Shown: one piece after another, positions 25,861 to 36,392 of the stretch
Layout: every line of letters starts with the position of its first letter
Position numbering within the stretch: the first letter of the stretch is position 1
From: Candidatus Latescibacterota bacterium
Lineage (GTDB): Bacteria; Latescibacterota; UBA2968; GCA-2709665
DNA: 64,000 bases
NCBI GenBank assembly: GCA_965226795.1
Contig: CBDDDZ010000005.1
Span: forward strand, 2,368,001 to 2,432,000
Direction of reading: 5' to 3'
Translations under genes and position numbers: made by a program
Notes under the pieces: generated by a model
The model's database searches: none
Seen by the model: the letters and a program-made list of their open reading frames with translations, nothing else
What the model was told of the DNA's origin: nothing

Positions 25861-28464
25861 TTAGTTTGCCCGCTCCGATGATGCCCGGTTCTCGCTCCCG
25901 TCACCGTGAATTTGCACAACACCTCGACTCCCATCCACGGTAACCCGGTCTCCCGTGCGAATGCGCCATGTGGCGCCTGAAACACCCACGACCGCCGGAA
26001 TTTGGTACTCCCGCGCGATCACAGAACTGTGGTTCAACACCCCGCCAATTTCCGTCACAACCGCACTCACGCGACGGAAAAGCGGGGTCCACCCCGGGTC
26101 GGTACCCAGTGCGACCAGCACCTCCCCCTGCGCCAGTGCCTCGAACTCCTCGGGTCCGCGTATCAGCCGGGCGATTCCGGTTGCCGTACCTGAGCTCGTA
26201 CCGATGCCCTTTAGCCGATCAGCATCCTGATCCTCGTCGGGAACCGGATTCTCGCCCCGCCCATCGATCCAGAAATAAAACGGCTGCCGACCGCGAGCAC
26301 GTTCGAAATCGGCGATCCGTCGATGAATCTCGTCCTCGAAAGCAACGGGAACGCCTTTGAACGCATTCTCTACCTCGGTACACGTCAGGAAAAAGACCTC
26401 ATCCTTCCGCCGCAGCAATCCGCGGGATACGAGATGGTCCCCCAGTTTCAGAAAAACCGTCCTGTACCCAGAAAACAGTCTATCCAGATGAAATCGCAAC
26501 TCCTCACGAAGTCCAAGATAGATCCTCGTATATTTCAACACAAACCGGAACATGACTGTCCGCGCCGACCCCCACGTCGTTTCGGACAGACGTTTCAACA
26601 CTTCCTTTTCGGCCGTCCGCATCAATTCCCGCGGCGCCCGTTGCACCGGAGCGGGTTTCGCGCCGAGGTTCTGTCGGACCATCTGCAAAACGGCCTCCGG
26701 ACTTTCCCGCCATCGCGCAAACGTAAAGTCCCGGTTCGCAGCGCGAATCCCATACGCGTTGATGAATGCGTTGAACCTGGACGCAAAGCCACCCTCGCCG
26801 GCGCGCATGTATTCGAGGAACTCCTCGTCCGTCCCGGTTTCCAGGCGCCGTCGCAGCCGGGAATCGCCTCGAACCACATCCGCCAATTTCTCCAGCGCGG
26901 CGTTGGCCTCCGAAGTCTTGTTGCGTTCGGGGACCAGTAACAGATCCTTGAAAGCGGCCATGTCGATACCCGCCCAACGGACCACTATCACACGCAGAAC
27001 CCAGATGCAGTTTATCGCAAACGCGTAACTCCACTGGTTGACATCCCGTTGCTGATGCACGGCGAGCGCCGTCAGTCGATCCGCGGCCAGGAGCAGCGCG
27101 TCCGGATCGCAGGCCGAGGAAATCTGCCGCTCGATCGAACGTATCCGCCGGTTGAATACCGGGAAAAACGCGCGTCTGACCCTTCGGTGATTGCTGTGAA
27201 CCAGTCCATAGGGTTCAGTCATCAGAAGGCCCGGCAGACGCAGCAGCGCCGGGATCAGCCGCCTCCAGGTCCGCGGCGCGCATTCGACCTCCTCCTGGAG
27301 TTTCCGGGGCAAAATAACCAGAGCATCGTCCATCAGCATTCTTTCCGGAACCAGCTTGAGCACCTGCGCCACGGCGTTCGCGTTCACGTACATATAGCAA
27401 TCGATCACCTTCACCATATCACGGCGTACCAACGCCCCCAGGCCCAGCCGCCGCGCGGGACGCTGAAATGTATACGCCTCGCTCAGGCGATCCGCAATAA
27501 TCGACGCCGCCATCGGACAAAGGGCCTCGGACCAGAGGTCGTCACAGATTCCCCGGGACCACATGCCGCGGGGCCGGGACACTGTGGTGGTAATCGGTCG
27601 TGTCTGCAGGAAATAGAGCCGGCCACCGGAAAACGCCCATTCGATATCCTGGGGGCGGCCACCGAAAAACGCCTCGACCTCGCTGCCCTGCCGCCACAGC
27701 ATATGAAGCTCTTCCGGGGAAAGCGCCTCCGCATCCCGAAGCCTCTCGGGCATGGGTTCGGCGCGGCTGTCACCCGGACGGAGCCTCCACAGCTTGTGCG
27801 CTATCTGTTTCTCGATGACCCGGCCCGTCTTCCGGTCCAGAACGTATGAATCGGGCGATACTTCCCCTCCGACCACGGTCTCGCCCAGCCCCCAGTTGGC
27901 CTCCACAAAAATACCCGGTGCGCCTGACGCCACCGGGTTCCGCGTGAAAAGGATACCTGACTTTTCGGCCTCGACCATCTCCTGAATCACAACCGCAATG
28001 CGCGGAACCAGACCCGGCGCATAGGTTCGCAGTCTGTCGTTCCACGCCGACGCCCAGCACAACCGGACGTGCTCGAGCACGGACGCGACATCCCTCTGGT
28101 TCAGATAGGTTTCGAACTGTCCGGCAAAAGCGAACGCGCTACCGTCCTCAGACGCGCCGGACGACCGCACCGCAACGGTTTTTGCTCCCTGATTGAGGAG
28201 CAAATCGGTGTGCGACCGAATGGCCTGTTCGACGTCGGGGGGAAACGAACCCCGGGCAACCGTCTCCTCGGTCACGCTTACGGGATCAAGTCCATTGTGA
28301 TCCAGAAACCGGACGCAGGCGTCAGCCGTTACGCAAAACCCGTCCGGAACACGGAATCCACCGGCAAGCAGGCGCCCCAGATTTCTCGCTTTTCCGCCAA
28401 CCTGTTCCAATGAAGCCCGGGACGCACGCGCGAGTTCAATAGCTATTCCCATTGTTTCTGCCAT
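25861..28464 (-). CDS. PEP-synthase/rifampin-phosphotransferase-like dikinase (ATP-grasp, central domain, phospho-His swivel)
   Basis: VGGKA, AVRSS, EANWGLGE, DIEW, LQTRPIT; C-terminal GGVLNHSSVIAREY. Confidence 0.85.
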   Translation of the reverse strand: MAETMGIAIELARASRASLEQVGGKARNLGRLLAGGFRVPDGFCVTADACVRFLDHNGLDPVSVTEETVARGSFPPDVEQAIRSHTDLLLNQGAKTVAVRSSGASEDGSAFAFAGQFETYLNQRDVASVLEHVRLCWASAWNDRLRTYAPGLVPRIAVVIQEMVEAEKSGILFTRNPVASGAPGIFVEANWGLGETVVGGEVSPDSYVLDRKTGRVIEKQIAHKLWRLRPGDSRAEPMPERLRDAEALSPEELHMLWRQGSEVEAFFGGRPQDIEWAFSGGRLYFLQTRPITTTVSRPRGMWSRGICDDLWSEALCPMAASIIADRLSEAYTFQRPARRLGLGALVRRDMVKVIDCYMYVNANAVAQVLKLVPERMLMDDALVILPRKLQEEVECAPRTWRRLIPALLRLPGLLMTEPYGLVHSNHRRVRRAFFPVFNRRIRSIERQISSACDPDALLLAADRLTALAVHQQRDVNQWSYAFAINCIWVLRVIVVRWAGIDMAAFKDLLLVPERNKTSEANAALEKLADVVRGDSRLRRRLETGTDEEFLEYMRAGEGGFASRFNAFINAYGIRAANRDFTFARWRESPEAVLQMVRQNLGAKPAPVQRAPRELMRTAEKEVLKRLSETTWGSARTVMFRFVLKYTRIYLGLREELRFHLDRLFSGYRTVFLKLGDHLVSRGLLRRKDEVFFLTCTEVENAFKGVPVAFEDEIHRRIADFERARGRQPFYFWIDGRGENPVPDEDQDADRLKGIGTSSGTATGIARLIRGPEEFEALAQGEVLVALGTDPGWTPLFRRVSAVVTEIGGVLNHSSVIAREYQIPAVVGVSGATWRIRTGDRVTVDGSRGVVQIHGDGSENRASSERAN

Positions 28465-28684
28465 GACGACGCTCAGCGTTATCTGCCGGCAGGATCGCAA
28501 CTGGCCCGGTCGGGGGGAAAGTCCTCCAGAATTCGTTTCGTCCGCATCCCCGAAACCGTGATCGGTCTCTTCGAGCGCTCAGGCGCGGAAGGGGGGGGTC
28601 GGGGCCCCGTCGGACGGACGGTAACACACCGCCGCGCGACGGTCATCCCTGCCCCATCGTAGAATTCCGGCTGCGAGAAAGCAA

Positions 28685-29674
28685 CTATCGGTCCGTCTCG
28701 AGCGCATGCAGGAACCCGTGCATCTGTCCCACGCAAAACGCTATATAAGCCCGACCAGCCGCGTCACCCGCCAGTTCCATGATATGGTCGTAGTCAATGG
28801 CGCCGTCAAATCCTGCTTCGTGCAACGCCCGAACCACCTGAAACATGTTCAGGTCTCCCAGATCCGGAATCACCTCCTCATACCCTCCGGTTTCTGGAAT
28901 GGTTCCCCTCACGTTTCGAAAATGCACGTGGAAAATTTTCCCTTGCCCCCCGAAACGCCGGATTCCCTCGAACACGTCTTCGCCCGACTCGTACCGCGTG
29001 CCCACGCAAAACGTCATCCCGTTTGCCGGCGACGCCACCTCCGAGAACAACCGATCGAATGCCGCGAAATCGTACAAGACCTGCGGCACCCCATAAAGGC
29101 TTGGTACGGGAGGGTCGTTCCCATGCATGGCGACCCGTGTGCCGGCCGCTTCGGCGACCGGCGCCGCTGCGCGAAAAATCCTCAGCGTTCGTTCCCAGAG
29201 TTCCTCGTGCGTGGGGGCGCCGTCCGGCGCCGGTCTGTTCAGCGCGTCGCGTAAATCGACCCTTAGGTGCCGGTAGCCGCCACGACCTTCCACCCACTCG
29301 AAAACACCACGGGGTAACCCGCCGAACTGGGCGGCCTGAAAACACTGTATCCCGACAACGGGGAAACCGTATTCCCCACAAAGCGCGACGTTCGCAACAA
29401 GATGATCAAGCTCCTCGCTTGCACCCGGTTCATCCAGAAAAACCGCACGCGTATAGTCGCTGGTCGAATTCGCCCGTTCGATCTTCAGGCCGGCGCCGTC
29501 AACCACCTCCACCACTGCCTCTACGCTTTCCCGCCGGAGTTGCCCGGACTCCTTATACCCCGGGAAAATATCCAGCGTCACATCTACCACATCCACACCA
29601 ATCTGCTTCAGGAACTGCAAATCCTTCGGCCGGTCCAGCCAGGTCGGATCGATCCGCGTTCCAATCTTGATCAC
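28685..29674 (-). CDS. Mannonate dehydratase (UxuA)-like protein
   Basis: MHGNDPP, FCVGT, HVHFRNVRG, DH motifs. Confidence 0.8.
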   Translation of the reverse strand: MIKIGTRIDPTWLDRPKDLQFLKQIGVDVVDVTLDIFPGYKESGQLRRESVEAVVEVVDGAGLKIERANSTSDYTRAVFLDEPGASEELDHLVANVALCGEYGFPVVGIQCFQAAQFGGLPRGVFEWVEGRGGYRHLRVDLRDALNRPAPDGAPTHEELWERTLRIFRAAAPVAEAAGTRVAMHGNDPPVPSLYGVPQVLYDFAAFDRLFSEVASPANGMTFCVGTRYESGEDVFEGIRRFGGQGKIFHVHFRNVRGTIPETGGYEEVIPDLGDLNMFQVVRALHEAGFDGAIDYDHIMELAGDAAGRAYIAFCVGQMHGFLHALETDR

Positions 29675-29783
29675 GGGCCACCTCTCAGGACGAAATTTCC
29701 ATTTTTGCCTGGCCACGTGCTGGACTATATTGCTTCAGTCCCCACGATAACCGACTACCTGCTATCCACGGAGCTTTCCTGCG

Positions 29784-30701
29784 ATGTTTTCCGAGGACTT
29801 GAAAAATCGACTCAAAAACACACACGCGTTCGTTGTAACCCCGTTCGAAAGACAAGACTACGGACGGCTTGACGTGAACGCCCTTGAAAGGAACGTGGGT
29901 TTTCTGATCGAGCACGGAGTGAAAGTACTGAACCTCGGCGGAGGTACCGGCGAAGTCAACGCCCTCGCCAATTCCGAACTTGTGACGCTGACCAAAACCG
30001 CATTCGACATGGCGGGTTCCAGCCCGCTGGTCATTCCCACCCTGCCGGAAAATCTGGGCGCCGCCCTGGAACTTGCGCCCGTTTACGAACGAATGGGCGC
30101 CAGGGTTGCACTGGGAATGGCGCCATATATCCGAAACGATGTACCGGACGACCTGGCGGGCGTTCTCAACCACTATAGAGCCCTTGCGGGCGCCTCCGGC
30201 CTGGCATTAATGCCCTATAACACACAGGCCTGGCCCGCAGCGTTCTTTCTCCGGCTCGCGGAGGTCGACCGTATCATCGGGATCAAGGATCCCTGCCGGG
30301 CGCCTCACAATCTGTTCGCCGCCATTCAGAGCCTTGGCGACCGCTTTGTCTGGATCGGAAACAAACGCCACGACCCGGGTGTGCTCCACCTTCGCTTCCA
30401 GATGGGCATTGACGGATTCTCCGCCGGCATCGTCAACTTCGCGCCGCAACACGAACTCGAACTCTTCGACCTCGCCTGCGTGAAAAACTGGGAGGCCATG
30501 GTTCTCATCCAGCGCCGGCTTGCCCCTCTGGAAAGGCTGAGAGCCAGATACGGCGATGTCGCGATGATAAAGGCCGGCATGGACCTGGTCGGTCTGTCCG
30601 GTGGACCCGTTCGCCCGCCTCGCGTCGACGTTTCCGCCGAGGGTCGCGCAGAAATCCTGGCCGCCCTCAATAGACTCGGCATCGAAACGATCGGGGTCTA
30701 A
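29784..30701 (+). CDS. DHDPS/KdgD-like class I aldolase or dehydratase
   Basis: VTPF, GGTGE, YN, GIKD (Schiff-base Lys), VRPP. Confidence 0.85.
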   Translation: MFSEDLKNRLKNTHAFVVTPFERQDYGRLDVNALERNVGFLIEHGVKVLNLGGGTGEVNALANSELVTLTKTAFDMAGSSPLVIPTLPENLGAALELAPVYERMGARVALGMAPYIRNDVPDDLAGVLNHYRALAGASGLALMPYNTQAWPAAFFLRLAEVDRIIGIKDPCRAPHNLFAAIQSLGDRFVWIGNKRHDPGVLHLRFQMGIDGFSAGIVNFAPQHELELFDLACVKNWEAMVLIQRRLAPLERLRARYGDVAMIKAGMDLVGLSGGPVRPPRVDVSAEGRAEILAALNRLGIETIGV

Positions 30702-30749
30702 TCCTATACCGGCCGACGTCGGGAGACTCCACGTACCGTCCTTCGTGCT

Positions 30750-31991
30750 TCAACTCCCGCCAAATCTGACTGGGGCGGCATCGAAGTACCGTTCGTCGCC
30801 GAAGAAAGGAAACATACCGAACCCCGCCGCGAGGTCTCGATGCTCCCAGACGAGGCCGGTTTCGCAATAGCTCAGCGAGCCGTGTGCGGGCGGCGAGAAT
30901 TCCGGACGCCCCAGCAAGTCACTCCGGAACCACACGCTCCGGTGCCCGAAACACACGCCCTTCTCCAGATTTTCCTGAACGAATTCAACCATGTGCGGAA
31001 ACGTCTGCTGGTATTCCGCACCGGGGCCGTATTCAATATGGGCCTTCAGGTTCTCTCCTGCGGCCCGAACCTCGCCCATCGACATGGGCACCCCGTTTCT
31101 GACAAACAGCGCATCGGCGTTCGGATCCACCACCGCCCACTTGCCAGACTCGTCGAACCATACCTCCGCCACGAAATGCCCGTTGAATCCGTTTACCGCC
31201 TCGGTCAGAACGGCGCAACGGGCCGGAATGCCCACCGCCTGAGCGCAGCTTACGAAAGCCGCCGCATAGTGAACGCACATCGCCACCGGCCGTTTTCCGT
31301 TGTGTCCCGCCTGTCCAGGGGCCCATGCGAGCAGGGTTTCCGCGTCCCACGGCGCATATTGGCCCGCCCTCAACGAATTGGTGTGCTCCCAACTGGACGC
31401 CAGCCAGGCCGATAACGCACGGACCCGGGTGATCAGCGGCCCCTGGTCTCTTGCGACGGGCGGCAGCAAACGCCTCAACGATACCAGCTTTGGCGACTCC
31501 TCAACCTCCCATACCATGGCGGGAGGCGGTGGATCCTCACCCTCGGCCAGCCGTACCCGGATGACGTACTCACCCAGAACCGAATTGACGTAGCCCATCC
31601 GTTCACTCCGCCAGGTCTCTCCACCGTCGTCACTGACCCCGCTGTCGGGTTCGGCGTGGCCGGCCTCCATCGCGAGCGACCAGCCATCCATCGCCGTCAC
31701 GTCGGTCCACAGCTCGAAGGTGTTGTCGCCGGATCTCAGATCCGCCACCGAAAGTTCATACCAGGAATACGCGCCGGGCCGGTCGGGCTCGAGCGCCGCG
31801 ACCTCAAAGCCGTTCAGGGCCACTCGAAGCGGGGCTTCGTTTTCGGGATAGGGCCGGGCGAGGATATAAACCAGCCCGGGCGCGTCCGTCGCCGGCAACG
31901 TGAGTGTCTTGCGCGCCCGCCGGAAAGTCGTCAACTCCTCGCAGAGAGACGGCATGACCCGCCCATCTTCGCTGTAGTACAATCGGCTCAT
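30750..31991 (-). CDS. Transglutaminase-like domain protein
   Basis: MCVHYA...GIPAR...GHFVAEVW...WAVVDP (Cys-His-Asp triad); Asp-box-like SDDGGETW. Confidence 0.8.
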   Translation of the reverse strand: MSRLYYSEDGRVMPSLCEELTTFRRARKTLTLPATDAPGLVYILARPYPENEAPLRVALNGFEVAALEPDRPGAYSWYELSVADLRSGDNTFELWTDVTAMDGWSLAMEAGHAEPDSGVSDDGGETWRSERMGYVNSVLGEYVIRVRLAEGEDPPPPAMVWEVEESPKLVSLRRLLPPVARDQGPLITRVRALSAWLASSWEHTNSLRAGQYAPWDAETLLAWAPGQAGHNGKRPVAMCVHYAAAFVSCAQAVGIPARCAVLTEAVNGFNGHFVAEVWFDESGKWAVVDPNADALFVRNGVPMSMGEVRAAGENLKAHIEYGPGAEYQQTFPHMVEFVQENLEKGVCFGHRSVWFRSDLLGRPEFSPPAHGSLSYCETGLVWEHRDLAAGFGMFPFFGDERYFDAAPVRFGGS

Positions 31992-32087
31992 CCGGACCTC
32001 TCTTTATTGAGCACACCGTATTTCGCCGCGGGAATATTCGCTCTGACCCATATCCTTCCACCGCGCTCCGGCATAAACCGCGACATC

Positions 32088-33005
32088 TTAAGAACGCCGA
32101 TTCAACAGCCCGATATACTCCGGAAAGACCAGCTTCCAGTTCTCGTAGATGATGTTATGAATCATCTCATCCGGCACGGTCGGGAAATTTGTCCCCTTGA
32201 CCACTTCGTTTACCTTCCACAGGCCGGCAATCACCTGCGCCGCCGTGGCCGATGGAAAATCGGATCCGAAAATCAGTTTGTGTTCCACGCCATATTCGAC
32301 CGCCGACATAAATGCCTGATAGTGTCGCCTCGGCCGGTAGTGGAGGGCAGACACGTTGGTGTAAAGGTTGGGATGCTTGCGAATCAGCACCACGCATTCA
32401 TCCTCCCACGGATGTCCCATGTGTGAAATGACAATACGCAGATCCGGGCACGCAATAGCAATATCCTCGAGCAGAATCGGGTTGGCGTACTTCAAAGGGC
32501 CGAACCGGACGAACGAGGTGCCCTGATGAATATTCAGCGGGATACCGAGAGATTCCGCCTTTTTGAAAAACGGAAGGTGTCGGGGATCCTGGGGATCCCA
32601 GTTCTGATAGATCGGCGCCACCTTCAGCCCCCGCAGCCCCAGGTCCTCCACGCAATATACCAGCTGTTCGATACAATCCGCGTCGTTTGGATTTACCGAA
32701 CTCCAGCCGAAGAACCGATCCGGGTTTTCATTGACGAATCCCGCCACCAGTTCCTGCGGCACGTCGATTCCCACATACGGCGCCCGCAGACCGAACACGA
32801 TCGCCCTGTCGCAATCTTCGGTGGCCGCCAGCAGTTGCTGTGGTCTGGCATCGAATGCGTTGCGCTGGTCCTGGGCCTCGTCGGCATAGTACACGTCCGG
32901 CGACAATCGCATCTTTGCCTTTTTGGCGGCAAGCGCGGAATCGACGAATTCGTCCGATAGATGGTCCGGATACCACAGCAAATTGGTATGCGTGTCGAAA
33001 AGCAT
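32088..33005 (-). CDS. Amidohydrolase family 2 protein
   Basis: DTHT, GLRGLK, IHQG, SHMGHP, FGSDFP. Confidence 0.88.
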   Translation of the reverse strand: MLFDTHTNLLWYPDHLSDEFVDSALAAKKAKMRLSPDVYYADEAQDQRNAFDARPQQLLAATEDCDRAIVFGLRAPYVGIDVPQELVAGFVNENPDRFFGWSSVNPNDADCIEQLVYCVEDLGLRGLKVAPIYQNWDPQDPRHLPFFKKAESLGIPLNIHQGTSFVRFGPLKYANPILLEDIAIACPDLRIVISHMGHPWEDECVVLIRKHPNLYTNVSALHYRPRRHYQAFMSAVEYGVEHKLIFGSDFPSATAAQVIAGLWKVNEVVKGTNFPTVPDEMIHNIIYENWKLVFPEYIGLLNRRS

Positions 33006-33042
33006 GCCACGCTCCTCGCGCAGGACGGGCGGGCGGGAAGTC

Positions 33043-34629
33043 TTACTCCAGGAATCGCCTCAGCACGTTGCCCGTGAGTCGGGACAGTTCGTCGCTCACC
33101 AGCAGGGAGCTAATATAAGTGATCGACCCCGTAGAGAAGACGGCACCGCCGCCGGCCGGCTCGTGAATGATCATATGGGCGCCCCCGTCGTTTTCGTTGG
33201 TCCCGCGGGCAAGCAATTTAACGTTCGGGGGAGAGAACCTGGATGAGATCTTATCCGTTTCGTGCCCCGACGCTCCGCCCGGAATTCGCATATGCAGATA
33301 CTCCCGGCCGAAGATATCCCCTTCGCCGAGGCCCGTGCCCTCGAATGCCCAGTGGCCCGCGTCGACGACCCGGTACGGAGCCGCCGTCATAATGCCTGCC
33401 TGAGTAAACACCACCCCCAGCAGGTTGGCCTCGGACTCTTGGCGCATGTGCATGCGGCTCTCAAACCCTTCGTCTCGCTGCTGACGCCGGTTTCCGTTCT
33501 GGACGATCATCGTTTCCTCGTCCACGAACTCCACCTCGCAGTTCAGCCCATTTCCGCCCAGATACATCAACCTGCCGCCGCGGTTGAAAACCCAATCTTT
33601 TACTTCGTAATACATTTTACTGGACCAGTATTCGGGATGGGGCCCCAGAATCAACACGGCGTAATCGTCCAGGTTCAGCGCGCCGAAATGCAACTGTGTT
33701 TCCGAATAAAGATCGTACTCGAACCCCTCCCGCTCCAGCCACCCCATCAGCCGCCACTCCGCCGGGGCGACGTGATTGGGTGCCCGTCCTTCAATCGGAT
33801 CGGTCACCTGCTCGTCCTCCGGCACGACGTTTATCGGCTCCGGACGTTCGAAGGACAGCGGCAGGTATTCCTCGGCATCGTAGTTGATGTGTTCCGGATC
33901 GGTGTAGCGTTTCAACTCCAGCCGGGCGTTGATGGTGGGTGTGGGGGGCATCCTGTCCGGATGAATATAATTGCTGCGGCCGCCGAAATTGTTATAACAG
34001 TTCCAGTTGATATCCGACGCCAGCACGGCCACCTTCGCCCTCGGTTCCGCGGGGGCCACAACCCACGGAAACGAGAAGAACAAACCGGATTCCGTCCTGG
34101 CGTGGAAGTAGTAAAGTCCCGACCTTTCAGGCGCGGTGACAAGCTGTTTGTGACCGGGGCTGGTATATCCGAGCTTGTTCCACTGCGCGCCCACTTGCGT
34201 ATAATCGCCGTCGGGCGTCAGTTGGACGGTAGCCCGCGGACCATGCTCGTCGTACCACCCGATAGGCCTGATGAGTTCCTTTTTCCATCCGTAACGCCAC
34301 AATTCCAGCTTGTACTGTTCGTGTGAATGCACGCGAAATTCGGAGCGATCGCCCGACTTCACGCACTTGGGCCACACATAGCCCATAAGGCAGTCCTTCA
34401 ACAGACGAAACTGATGGGGCTCGCCCGGCTTCACCTCCATATCCACAATTTTCGACCCGTACCCATTTCGTGCCAGGACCACCTGATACCGGCCCGGCGT
34501 CACGTCCGCATAAACCGCACCCGATGCGGACGAACGCGCGAGCACGGCATTTTCCGACGCGTCTCTGAATTCCAGAGCCACATCGTATAACGCAATGTAA
34601 CGCTCATCACTCACGTAACCCACCAGCAT
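33043..34629 (-). CDS. N,N-dimethylformamidase large-subunit-like protein
   Basis: NWNCYNNFGGRSNY, LSFERP, HPEYWS, YLGGNG, GHETD, GAVFSTGSI. Confidence 0.7.
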   Translation of the reverse strand: MLVGYVSDERYIALYDVALEFRDASENAVLARSSASGAVYADVTPGRYQVVLARNGYGSKIVDMEVKPGEPHQFRLLKDCLMGYVWPKCVKSGDRSEFRVHSHEQYKLELWRYGWKKELIRPIGWYDEHGPRATVQLTPDGDYTQVGAQWNKLGYTSPGHKQLVTAPERSGLYYFHARTESGLFFSFPWVVAPAEPRAKVAVLASDINWNCYNNFGGRSNYIHPDRMPPTPTINARLELKRYTDPEHINYDAEEYLPLSFERPEPINVVPEDEQVTDPIEGRAPNHVAPAEWRLMGWLEREGFEYDLYSETQLHFGALNLDDYAVLILGPHPEYWSSKMYYEVKDWVFNRGGRLMYLGGNGLNCEVEFVDEETMIVQNGNRRQQRDEGFESRMHMRQESEANLLGVVFTQAGIMTAAPYRVVDAGHWAFEGTGLGEGDIFGREYLHMRIPGGASGHETDKISSRFSPPNVKLLARGTNENDGGAHMIIHEPAGGGAVFSTGSITYISSLLVSDELSRLTGNVLRRFLE

Positions 34630-34644
34630 GGCGCACTCCTCTTA

Positions 34645-34926
34645 GTTGAACCTCTGGCCTGAGATCAATTTGTCAATCCATGTGCCACCGGCGGCCCCGG
34701 AGTCTCGCGCCACGTACGCTGGCGACGCGACGCGCGCAAGTAGACGACATTGGGCCTGCACCCTGAACTTGCACCCTGAGCCTGTCGAAGGATAGCCAAA
34801 CGCGGGCATTTCGACAAGCTCAGCACGGGCAATGACCGCGTTTCGACAAGCCCAACGCACGCAACACGGTCGGGCGGGATGAACCGGCGGAAGAATGGCG
34901 ACATATTTCCGGGACGGGACACTAAT
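34645..34926. mobile_element. MITE-like element, copy 2, with nested REP-like units (left boundary approximate)
   Basis: 34875-34926 is an inverted 48/52 match to 3731-3782; contains CCCTGAGCCTGTCGAAGG and two TTCGACAAGC units. Confidence 0.55.
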
Positions 34927-36316
34927 ACCCGGGCGGGCGCGACGCGCGCCAGTCCGTTGCCTGCTCGTATGCATAGGCCAGCCGAAGGATCATCGCTTCG
35001 TCGTAGGGCTTTCCCGTCAGTTGCAAGCCGACCGGAAGTCCCTCCGATGTAAAGCCGCATGGTACGGATACCGCGCACAGACCCAGCCAGTTTACAAGCC
35101 GGGTGAGCAAGCGAGTCGGTTCACCGCGATCCAGATCACGAAGACGCGGCGCGGGCTTCAACATCGTGGGGCCTGCGATGGCTTCAATGTCGGCCAACCT
35201 CGCCGCCGTCGTCCGCATCATCAAGGCCCGTTTGCGCTGAATTTCAGCCAGATCGACGGCCAGCAATCCCGGCTCGACCTCAAGACGCGCGCGGACGACG
35301 GGGCCGAATGAATCCGGCGCATCCGTCAGCGCCTCGCGGTGGACAACAACCGCCTCGGTCCGCAGAAGCCTCAGGTTATCTTCCTCTTTTTCCGCCTGCG
35401 CCGCCTCCGGAAAAGCCATATCCCGAACCTCGACGCCCAGACCAGCCAGGACCTGAATCGCGTCCTCCACCAGCGAGACCACCTCGGGATCCGCGCCGCT
35501 GAAGAAGGGCTCACGGACCACCGCGAGCCGCAGGCCCTTTACATCCTTCTTCAAGACGCCCATGACGTCGCCCACCGGAAAATCGAGGGCCGTGGAATCT
35601 TCCACGTCCGGACCTGCGATTTCCGCATACACCAGCGCAGCGTCCTCAACACATCTGGCCATGGGCCCTATCGTGTCCAGCGTCCACGAAAGCGGCATCA
35701 CGCCGGCCGTACCGATGCGACCCGTTGTAGTCTTCAGGCCGACGACACCGCAGAACGCCGCGGGAATGCGTACCGACCCGCCGGTGTCCGTTCCGACTGC
35801 CGCTGCAGTCAGGCCGGCCGCGACGGCCAGGCCGGATCCGCTGCTGGACCCGCCCGGAACCCGTTCCGGATCCCACGGATTCGGAGGGGTGCCGAAATGC
35901 GGGTTGATTCCAAACGGACCGAACGCATATTCCTCCAGATTCGTCTTGCCCAACAACACCGTGCCCGCGCGCGCCAGCCGCTTCGCTACCGTTGAAGAAC
36001 GCGTCGGCACATGGTCTTTCCGCGCCCCGGATCCCGACGTCGTGCGAATATCCGCCGTATCGCACAGGTCCTTTAATGCAATCGGCACACCGTGCAGCGG
36101 CCCGAAATCGCTTCCGGATAGGAACGCCAGTTCCGCCGCTCTTGCGTCTGCCCGCGCGCGATCCGCCGTTACCGTAATGAAAGCCTTGGTCTCGGGCTGA
36201 TAGCGATGGATTCGCTCCAGATACGCTTCCGTTACCGCCACGGGCGAAACCTGCCCACTGCGGTATAGCGCGGCGAGTTCCGTGGCCGTCAAGAAATGGA
36301 GTGCCTGATCCGCCAT
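34922..36316 (-). CDS. Amidase-signature family amidase (GatA-like)
   Basis: IALKD, GGSSSGS, GTDTGGSVRIPA. Confidence 0.93.
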   Translation of the reverse strand: MADQALHFLTATELAALYRSGQVSPVAVTEAYLERIHRYQPETKAFITVTADRARADARAAELAFLSGSDFGPLHGVPIALKDLCDTADIRTTSGSGARKDHVPTRSSTVAKRLARAGTVLLGKTNLEEYAFGPFGINPHFGTPPNPWDPERVPGGSSSGSGLAVAAGLTAAAVGTDTGGSVRIPAAFCGVVGLKTTTGRIGTAGVMPLSWTLDTIGPMARCVEDAALVYAEIAGPDVEDSTALDFPVGDVMGVLKKDVKGLRLAVVREPFFSGADPEVVSLVEDAIQVLAGLGVEVRDMAFPEAAQAEKEEDNLRLLRTEAVVVHREALTDAPDSFGPVVRARLEVEPGLLAVDLAEIQRKRALMMRTTAARLADIEAIAGPTMLKPAPRLRDLDRGEPTRLLTRLVNWLGLCAVSVPCGFTSEGLPVGLQLTGKPYDEAMILRLAYAYEQATDWRASRPPGY

Positions 36317-36392
36317 AGCCGAGTTCTCAATGAATGGAAAATTTGCCTCGGGCGTTGCCCCGCGTGAAGATCATCGCAAATCCAGCTTTGTC

